Shown here: positions 53,190 through 64,000 of the stretch, piece by piece
Position numbering within the stretch: the first letter of the stretch is position 1
Layout of the letters: the number at the start of each line of letters is the position of its first letter
Assembly (NCBI RefSeq): GCF_006345805.1
Contig: NC_043001.1
Coordinates: 78,554,001 to 78,618,000, forward strand
Reading direction: 5' to 3'
Length of the DNA stretch: 64,000 bases
Source: Octopus sinensis
Lineage: Eukaryota
Made by a program: the position numbers and the translations under genes
Notes under the pieces: model-generated
The model's database searches: none
Seen by the model: only the letters and a program-made list of their open reading frames with translations
Told to the model about the DNA's origin: nothing

Positions 53190-53776
53190 GCCAGCGTTGT
53201 TGATGATGCTAGTGATGATGATAATGAGGGTGAAGACAATGATGATGATGAGGAGGAGGAAAAGAACAAGGATAACAGAGAGGACGGCAGCGATTATGAT
53301 CACGATGATGGTGGTGATGATCAGGATTTGCATGATGGCAAACTTAGTGATGGTGATGATGATGATGATGATGATGATTATGTTTAAGATGATTGAGACA
53401 ATGAGGACGATGCAGGTAATCGTAATGATAAATAGGTGGAGTGCAATAATGATAATGATGCTGTTGAAGGTCATGAAATGTGTGGCGACAAAGACGACGT
53501 CAATGGTGATGATGAAGATGATGATGATGATGAAAAGGAATATATGATGATGAAGATGATTATGGTGTTGACGTAGATGAATGTGGTAAAGACTACAACG
53601 ATGAAGAAGATGATAATGACGACGATGACGGCGAAGAAGAAAGGAATGATGTTGATGATGATGATGAGTATGATGATGACGACGACAACGATGATGATAA
53701 TGATGAAGAGGAAGATGATAACGTTGATGATGATGGCGACGGATGACAACGACGACGACGATGATGATGACGCTGG

Positions 53777-53848
<72 letters not shown>

Positions 53849-53880
53849 GGATGAGGATGAGGAAGATGATGATGATAGGT
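53190..53880. repeat. Degenerate (GAT)n microsatellite
   Basis: Seen directly. Confidence 0.95.
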
Positions 53881-53987
53881 ATTAATAACTGATGAATCAT
53901 TTCGAAACCAATTACGCAACGTGTCCAATACCACAATCTTCAACAAGAAGCTATCAACAACAGCTACATGCTAATGCACTTAAATAG

Positions 53988-54023
<36 letters not shown>

Positions 54024-55252
54024 GCACGCACACACACACACACACAACCGCACGCACACAAGTTCACACACACGCGCACATGCACACATACACAACTGCA
54101 AACACACACATGCACAAAAAATACAAACACACAACCGCACGCACACACATGCACACTCATACACACACAAGTTCACATACACACGCGCACGCATACACAC
54201 ACACGCATACGCATGCACACACACAACTGCGCGCACACATACACACGCACACTCATATATATACACACCCACAGGCACACTCATACATATATACACGCAC
54301 GTATTTTTACTAACATGTGGTTTTGTCATGTGACACTAATTGGTAACAAGAGCGAAAACGGAGACAGATAAAAAAAAAGGAATAAAAAACAGAAAATTTG
54401 AAATAGTAATATGAAAACATGTAAATTTAATATTTGGTAAAATACCAATCACAACAATAACAGCTTTGGGGATGATGGTGGCAACGACAATGATGTTTAC
54501 TATGATGATGGTGATGATGATGATGATGATGATGATGGTAATGATGATGTTGGTCGCGGTAAAGGTGTTAACCGTTGTGGTTTCAGAAAAGATGGTCGTA
54601 CACGCAGTAACGGTGGCGTTGATGGAAGTGATGATGATGATAATAATGATGATGATGATCATAATGGTGATGATTATGATGATGATAATGATGATGACGA
54701 GAACGAAGATTGCTAAGTTGTAGCGGTGTTAGTGATGATGGTCTCACTATTAAGATGATGACGACGATGACGTAGGTGACGTTTGTACTTGATGACGAAG
54801 GTGATGGTGATAGTGATGATAAGGATGATGATGATGATGACAATGATGATGTTAATAGTGATAATGACGATGACGATAATGATGATGATTTCTAAATTAT
54901 GGGAGTGAGATGCAAGTATCGACTTTAGTACTTCACCACTCCACTCGTACCTTACTATTTTGTGAAGCATGGAAAAAAGAAATACATGGAAAAATTAAAT
55001 ACGGTAAAAATAAAACGAAATAGATTATTATTCGTACATTATTATTCAAAATCTGAACGTAAAACTCCTGCAACTATACATTAGACATAATTTCGTTGTC
55101 CAATAATTCATATAAGAAAGGATGGGCGGTGAGACAAGAACGAACATTGAGGATGTTACAAACATCTGGTTCAGAGTCACAACGTCTGACTCAACAAAGC
55201 TCGCGGTATCGTGTGGGTGTTTTTATCCCCTGCATCGGTGGGTGGTCTGGAA

Positions 55253-55298
55253 CAGCTCTGTTGTTGAATTGGAGGGGGCCGAAACACTTACAGAGCTG
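55253..55298 (+). ncRNA. Degenerate type I hammerhead relic
   Basis: CAGCUCUG-UUGUUGA-(13 nt)-GAAA-CACU-UA-CAGAGCUG: perfect 8-bp stem I and hammerhead spacing, with core and stems II/III damaged. Confidence 0.4.
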
Positions 55299-55454
55299 CT
55301 TCACCGTCTAATGAGACATGGACTGATGCATTCGAAGACAGAACACAGCTCCCCCCTCAGCACGCAAGTGCTTACCTAAAATGTTGGCCGTACAGGCCAC
55401 CTTTGGTTAATGGTGTCAATCGTTTCCAATTTAGCGTTGAAACCAACAACTGTG

Positions 55455-55640
55455 GAAAAGAGGGCAAGCCAATTACATCAGCTCTACTATTTCATTGGTA
55501 TTTTCTTTTATCGCTCCAAGCAAGATGGAAGGCAAATTTAACCTCCGAGTAATTTGAACTGAAACTTAGAAAGTTGAAACGAATACGACAAAGTGGTTTT
55601 CTTCCGAAGCCCTTTCCATTGTGATTTTGCTAATCCACCA
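55455..55640 (-). mobile_element. SINE family B, old copy
   Basis: ttggtattttctttatcgc...gatggaaggcaaatttaacctccgag..atttgaact. Confidence 0.55.
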
Positions 55641-56856
55641 GCCATTACATTATAAATATATATAACAGGAAGAATGGGGTGAAATAGTTGGTCTTCTGTT
55701 GCCGTGTAGCTCCGAGCTGATTAGACCCAGTTTAACTAAGAATATATATCTAATTTGTGTACCGCAGAAAAATACTTGATCCACATGTATAGTCACTACG
55801 TAATTAATTGCACGACGAGAAATAGCAGATAAATTCCTATCAAATGACAACATGGTAAAAATACATTTTGAAATAGGGGAGGTATAATGGATGGATAATG
55901 TGCGTAACGGTTGAGGAAAGGTTGGGATGGCCTTAGTTGGAATGTATCTGGTGAGGTCTCATTTAGGGTTATAAACAATACCATAATCAGTCAAGCCAAT
56001 GTAGGAAATCCTACTAGTTTGTTCAAATTCCTTGAAACAGCAACCAAAATTATCCCAAATCACGCCCTATCATTTCAAATAAAGAAAAATATATATTGTG
56101 TAATGCAGGTTTAAAGACAACTAAATTAGGGGGTGGGCATGTATGAACGATTTTGCTCAGGGCTTACATAGGATTAAATAACAACAACCAAAAGAACGTA
56201 ATTAGGTTATTTAGCCTAGGATTATCTTGGTTAAACACACTTGTGCTCAATGCCTTTTCAGCCACGACCTTTCTCCTATATACACTAAAATCCAGAACCC
56301 CACTAACCAGCATATCTACTTTAAAGAAATCTAGAGGTAGAGAGAATTAAATGCCGTGGGTAGCAGATGGTGCAACCACGAAGTCCCTGCCGTTGGTTCA
56401 CTTGACAGCTTTAAAAAAATGGGGCAGTTAGGTGAGTTCGAACCAAGGCCGGTACAGTTGATATACTAGAAAGTTGCAGCCTAACAGAAGTTCATATTTT
56501 TACAATCTTCATAAAATAGGTTCGCAAGTGGCGTGTAGAAGAAAACAATCACACCATATTCGGAATGAGACTGTTGGGGGCAAAGGTTTGGACGCTTACC
56601 ATTTGGTACAGCTGCGTGGACATCCAGCCTGGTTTAGCGACCGTAACGTTTGGCGCTGGATGTAAACATACATATACGCACACGTTCATACACTCACACA
56701 CACACAAGGGTGCAGAAACATACACATAGGGATAAAATATTGACAGAGACGGAGAGAGACATTACATTCTATTGATTGAACAATTGACATAAACACTTTG
56801 CCTCTCCCCGTACACAAAGGGAATATATGCTCACACACACACACGCCCATAAACAA

Positions 56857-56889
<33 letters not shown>

Positions 56890-57129
56890 TAGAGAGAGAG
56901 ATAGAGATAGAGATAGAGAGAGAGAGATCACATCAACTGATGTCAAACAGGTTAGCGTCGAATCAGCGACGCCAAAACGTCTCATAGCCAATCATGTTGC
57001 GTTTACACTGTCTGTTACATCATTTGGTATATGCTAGTTGTTGCAGTAGTTATCCTTAAATCAAGGATCACTTCTAATATGCTAGCTTGCGTCACTTTTC
57101 ATATATTGTCGTTCCTTTTAGTTTTGATA

Positions 57130-57290
57130 TGTCATGGTGTGGTTAAGAAGCTCATTTTGCAATCACGTGGCTTCGAATACAGTCCCACTATGCGGTACCT
57201 TGGTCAAGTGTCTTCTATTATGGCTTGGAACCGACCAATATCTTGTGAATGAATTTAATACAGGGAAATTGAGTGGGAGCCCGATGATTA
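57130..57290 (+). mobile_element. SINE family A 5' half
   Basis: gtgtggttaagaagc...cagtcccactatgcggtaccttggtcaagtgtcttctat. Confidence 0.75.
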
Positions 57291-57899
57291 TATATATATA
57301 TACGTTTATGTATTTGTTTTGCAAGATTCTTAATGTGAAATCGTGTGTTGAATTAGATGTTGTTGTATTTAGGAATGGTCATGTTGCCAGTTTAACCAAT
57401 AAAATCACATGCACTATATATTTGGTGTTAATTTGCTTCAGCTTTATTTATTTTTTACATTAATCTTAATCTTATTTCGGCCAGAGTTCTTTCGTTATAC
57501 TTCTGTGACCTCATCAGTAGTCCTTTGCTTTCTTCTTTCTTATTTGTGTGTCTCTCCTTACTAACGGTCAACCGTATCGTATTTTGTATTCTTATTGTAT
57601 GTGTCTTTATTTGCGCATGCGTATACCTCTATGAGTCTCTATGTTTAGTTAGTGTGTGTGGTGGGGAGTGCCTGTATTATCTGTATCTCCTGTTTATACA
57701 CTTTCGTGTAATTTGATGTCTGAGTAGAAATAGCCTGAGCGCAGTCTACTGCAAGTGGTGGAAATCATTATAGGCATGTTAGCTAAACTTGAAAAGTACA
57801 ATGCGCCAAATGGCCTGATGTCTGAATAAGTCTGAATTTATGTCGATGACAGAAATTTTGGGGTAAAATTTTGGCATAAGACCAGCAATTTCGTAGTGA

Positions 57900-58065
57900 T
57901 TCAGTCGATTTACATTGACTCCAGTACTCAAATGACAGTTTATCGAACTCGAAAATATTACAGACAAAGTTGCCCATGGCAGAATTTGAACTCAGAATGT
58001 AAAACGGACGAAATGTCGCTAAGCATTTTGCCTGTCGTACTGTCGATTCTTCCCGCTCAACGCCA
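57900..58065 (-). mobile_element. SINE family B
   Basis: agtcgatttacattgactccagtac...atttgaactcagaatgtaaaacggacgaaat..cgctaagcatttt. Confidence 0.8.
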
Positions 58066-58879
58066 CACACCATGATAGATATTGACAGATATTGCTTGAT
58101 TACCGTCATGATTATCATCGTTTTACAATCAGCTGTGTACATCTATCTTCTCTGTACTCCATTCCTATATAATTCCAGAATTTGTAAGGAGTTCAAGGGC
58201 TCATTCTTTATTCATACTTTCAGAATATACTTTCAGATTGTCTACAACATACGCATGTGTTGGTTTGATGTTAATACCACATGGACCGATTTCATAACTT
58301 TTATATTTCATCAGCAGATAGAAAACTGGGACCACTGCAAGCATAGAATGCTTCACGGGGCGGATTACTTTGATGAATCATAACCAAATTTTGCTTTATT
58401 TTTCAAAGTTAATAACACCATTTAATGTATTAAACTAAGTTTAGGTTGGTAGACTACGACGAACTCAGATTGTCCATGGATTTAATTATAGTCTCTTGAA
58501 AGGTTACGAAGGTCAGTGGTAATCATTCGTAGAATTCAGAATAGAATGCTTTCTTGTCGTCTGGACAAAGTACACCCGAACACCTCCAATACCATCGCTC
58601 TTGTGACACCGTAGCTTTGATAATTGCAATTCAATTAGCACATCCCGAAACACTTTTCTGCACAAGTTTCTCTTCAGTGTATTCGTGGCACAAATTCTCT
58701 TGTTTTTGACTTATTACTGAAAATATCAGCCGGCTTTAGGTACGTAAGGATGCCTTTATATACGCATAGATGTTTAAGTCTGTTGGTGCGTATTTACATC
58801 AGCAGCTAACTAGCTAAAGTCATGCGATAAATAAATGTCTATACAGAGGGATATATAAAAGTCTATATATAATGGTGAA

Positions 58880-58967
58880 TATCCACCTGATTCTAAGTAT
58901 ATGTACATATGTATGGATGCATATATAAATGTTTATAAAATGAATATGACGATGTCAATACACAGGA

Positions 58968-59016
<49 letters not shown>

Positions 59017-59031
59017 ATATAAATACAGGAG

Positions 59032-59080
<49 letters not shown>

Positions 59081-59919
59081 AATACATGTATATATGAAAT
59101 TAATTTAGAAGTGTGTGTGATAGACAGACAGATAGACAGACAGACATAGACGGAAAGATAGATAAATAAATAGATAGATAGATAGATTGAGAGATAAAGG
59201 AAGCATGTATATTATGAATATAAGAGAGAGTAAATACATACGCATTAAACACACACACAGACGAATATAAGCACAAATTTAGATGCAAGTATATATGCGA
59301 ATGAAAACTATATATATACATACAACACACACACACACACACATATGTATATATATGTATTATGTATGCTTGTATATATATACATATGTATAAAGAAATA
59401 AATGTTTCGAATCGTAGGTATATAAATTTATAAATGTATTTCAAAATGTAGGTATATATGCAAATATGCAAACCTGCTGGTACGAATATACACAACTATA
59501 AACATCACAATATATCGTATATGTGTGTGGTGTAAATTTTGATATTACATCTTCTTTCTCATTCTCTCTCACTCTCGCACGTTCATTCTACTCCCTCTCA
59601 CTCTACTCTCACTGTTTTGCTGTGTTAGTCGAATTAATTAAAATTTTCAAATTACATACCAGAGTTACACGATGAAAAAAATGTCAGTTTGCACAACGCA
59701 AACTGCGAATGTTCTCAAGTTTGATTAAAATTTCATACACCTAATTCAACATATTTTCTTTCGTCATATATTACATAAAACACATGTCTTATATTTATGA
59801 TTCTATATATGTATATGATTTTCATATTTGTCGATACATACATACATATATGTATATATATATATGAATTTTATGGATATATTTGCCTTGAAATATATGT
59901 GAATATAATGAACACATAC

Positions 59920-59951
<32 letters not shown>

Positions 59952-60942
59952 GTATGCGTACGTACATGTATATACACAGAGATATATACGAATATGCATG
60001 TAAGTAATATATTAAGGCATATTTATTCATGTTACTTTATGTTCCAAAGTATGTAAAGCGACATGTATAAATATACCAAATATATAGGCATGTAGTCGAC
60101 GATACGCACGCACACATACACGCGCACACACACGCATACAAACATACACCCACGTACAAAGTCACAATGTCATGCTTGATTGCAAATATATATATATCTA
60201 TATATATCTATCTATGTATATACATACATATATATATATATACACAAGCATAGATGTATATACATATATATATGTGTGTAAGTACATATATAAGTATATA
60301 CACACATATATATGCATGCAGACACACACATATGTGTATGTATACATGTAAATGTATATATATATATATATCATTACATATATATATATATAAATACACA
60401 TATATATATGTATGTATGTATATATATTGATATGCTTATACATACGTATGTTCCGGTGTGTCACGTAACTACGCCTGCATAAAAGCATACATAATTACAG
60501 ATACATACACACAAACCGACTCACATACACACACGAAGAGGTACACACACACACACACATACACCCACATTCACACACATACATACACACATGCACACAC
60601 ACACACGCGTGTCATGCCTGCCTGATATTGCCTGGGAGAAATCAAATACTTCTTTTAAATGAACTTCACAGTAAGTAAACGGTATGAACTAAACTCAATA
60701 ACAATATTTTCCTCTCAAATTCTGCAGCTATTTTCATTTCCTGCCTTCACAGTCATTTAATTTCACGCTCTTGCAAAAGAAAAAATATGTAAAGCAACAA
60801 CTAAAACAAAAAATGATTAAAAAAAAACAACTTATAAATTCGTTTCGAAATTACTTATTCATTTACGCACTTTTAATAAACTGTCAACAAACGGTTATCA
60901 ACAAACAATATGTGCGTGTATATAGATATGCATAATGTATGT

Positions 60943-61028
<86 letters not shown>

Positions 61029-61150
61029 ATATATATATATATATATATGCTTATGTATGAATATATGCACAGTCGTGTTTAGGCGTGTGCGTGTACGTGT
61101 CTAATAATATGGGTGTGTGTATATCTTTATAGTAACAATTATCAACTAAG

Positions 61151-61187
<37 letters not shown>

Positions 61188-61388
61188 TATATATATATAT
61201 ACATATATTATATATAAATATATATATATATGAATATGCATACCTACACATATATACATATGTATATGTGTATACATGTGTAAATGTGTATATATATATG
61301 CATACATATATATATACATGTATGTATAACTATATATATATATATATAAAGATAGATATATAGATAGATATATAGATAGATAGACAGG

Positions 61389-61451
<63 letters not shown>

Positions 61452-61856
61452 TTGTACATTTATGGAAATGTACATAACTGTGATATGAAATACTTAAGTC
61501 TATATTTGTGCTGTTAGTATGCTGATATAAATGTAGATATTGTATATGTATATATACTTGCATGTATGTGCATATTTAATTACATCTTTTCGCAGATAGA
61601 GATCTGCGTGTATGTAGCCATACAGGGATACAATCACACACACACACACATGCGCACAAATGTATAGTATGAATGCATACGAAATGCCATTTGTTATAAA
61701 CATGCTTACCATTATAAGTCGGTTATTGTTATCAAGTTTACTGGGTCTTAAACACTTTATTTGCTAAATGATAACCGACGCTTATTACATTCTAAGTTAT
61801 TTCAATAATTTGCACACACGCTTACATACACAGACACACATACACACCTATATATA

Positions 61857-61894
<38 letters not shown>

Positions 61895-61908
61895 TTACAT
61901 ATATATAC

Positions 61909-61940
<32 letters not shown>

Positions 61941-62083
61941 AATATACTTATACATACGATTATATGTATATTTATGTATAAACATATATTCTTCACCTAT
62001 TTGTGTAACTAATACATACATACATACATTTATATATATATATATGTGTATGTTTATAATTGTATGTGTATGTATGTAAATAT

Positions 62084-62124
<41 letters not shown>

Positions 62125-62129
62125 GTATG

Positions 62130-62160
<31 letters not shown>

Positions 62161-62550
62161 GTTTATAAATGTATGCGTATGTATGTAAATATATATATAC
62201 ATACATATATATATATATATATGAATGTGTGCGTATGACTGCATAAGTATATGTACGTCTGTTTGTCTCTATGTGACGTTGAATGTTCGTTCGTGCTTGT
62301 AGTTATTTATGTATATTTCACTCTCCGTTTCTCGATATATGTGTGTGTATATGCATACACGCATACATACATGCATGTATATGTATGTGCGCGCGCGCGT
62401 GTATGTGTGTGTGTATAAAATATACGTGAACAAACATGTCATAAGCCTATGCATATTCATATGAAAATTGCTCTGTATCATCGTCTCTCATCTATTATAC
62501 ATACATACACATACATACGCACACACATATATATATGAATGTATATATAT

Positions 62551-62633
<83 letters not shown>

Positions 62634-63133
62634 GTACACACGTATTTGTGTTTATTTGAATATATGAATATATATATATGAATATATATAAGGACGTGTG
62701 TCCCTGGAAATATTGTAAAACTATAAAATAAAATAAAATGATCGAGGTGAAAACTAAATGAAAACGAAGAATTTGATAAGTAAATATTTCTGCAAGATGT
62801 ATACATGCAGAACGGTATATTTGTTCATTTTTCAATATATTTTCCTTTTTGTTTTCCACTTTCTGTATATTATATATATATACATATATGTATATATGTA
62901 TGTATATGATGTTATATTATATTTATCTCCCTTTACTCTCTACTTCTTATTTTCCCTTCTGTAATTTTTTTTTTTTTGCGGCCATCATGAAACGTTCTTT
63001 CTGTCTCTTTTTAAACAAATATTAGATTAAAGATAGAAATAATCAAAACTAAAGTAGGCTACAGATAATAACTGCTCTAAATTGGTCTGTATATGAAATT
63101 TTATTAAAAACTAACGAAAACAACAACAACATA

Positions 63134-63231
<98 letters not shown>

Positions 63232-63422
63232 CAACAATAACAACGGCAGCAACAACAACAATAATAATATCGATAAATAAATATATTTCATTCGTTTGAG
63301 AGTTATGAATGTTAGCGTTAGAATACTACAAGTTGTACATAGGCATACATTTTCATCATACACTCACACATGCACATAGGAATACTTCAATCCATATTCA
63401 TATATACATACACACACACACA

Positions 63423-63459
<37 letters not shown>

Positions 63460-63764
63460 GCACAAAAAAATATACGCACACACATATATATGCATGTATA
63501 TATATATATATGAATACAAACAAGTGTATGTATGCATATATATATACGTATATAAATGAACACATTGAATGTATGTATGCATACATGCACACATGCATAC
63601 ATTCATACATACATACATACGTACATACATACATACATACATACATGCATACATATATAAATACATACATACATAAATATAGGTTTTTGTGTGCATGTAT
63701 GTGTGAATCTTCGTACATATCTGTTTCTCTCCGTCTATCAAGCTGACTGTCTATTCTTCTATCA

Positions 63765-63851
<87 letters not shown>

Positions 63852-63852
63852 C

Positions 63853-63906
<54 letters not shown>

Positions 63907-63955
63907 GTCTATCTATCTGTCTATCTATCTGTCTGTCTGTCTGTCTGTCTATTTT
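58880..63955. repeat. Simple-repeat-dominated block: (TA)n, (CA)n, (GATA)n, (ATCA)n, (AAT)n, (CTAT)n
   Basis: Seen directly. All ORFs here are repeat translations (YI, HT, LSIY, poly-L). Confidence 0.95.
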
Positions 63956-64000
63956 TCCGTCTATAACTACATGGTTTCGTGTTCAGTTCCACTACGTGGT

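Noticed and set aside
51903-54843. Poly-D, poly-H, poly-M and HT-repeat ORFs
   Set aside because: Translations of (CAT/GAT)n and (CA)n microsatellites, open in several frames on both strands.
57470-57520. Minus-strand CTGATGA-GGTC...GAAA hammerhead-like string
   Set aside because: No stem I partner downstream, and either stem II or the cleavage triplet fails in both possible parses. At best a remote relic.
58960-62640. Recurrent single AA/TT phase shifts inside (TA)n runs
   Set aside because: Indistinguishable from sequencing or consensus indel errors or ordinary slippage without raw reads.

Overview
AT-rich, repeat-dominated eukaryotic DNA. The SINE families and extreme microsatellite density suggest an octopus genome (recognised from memory, not searched). 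No host protein-coding gene, rRNA, true tRNA or CRISPR array is supported, and nearly all ORFs in the track are microsatellite or SINE read-throughs. The window holds four tRNA-derived SINE families, two opposite-strand fragments of an R4/Dong-type retrotransposon, a Tigger/pogo transposase fossil with a nested CR1-like 3' end, several decayed RTE/CR1-like RT fragments, fold-back elements and long simple repeats. The main result is a set of type I hammerhead-ribozyme motifs, most in short cassettes beside (TA)n tracts, probably Penelope-like pseudo-LTRs or retrozyme-like units. The best one (4309-4351, minus strand) has all three helices and a compensated U3:A8 core, so it may still self-cleave. 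Repeat boundaries were set by eye and are approximate to tens of bases.
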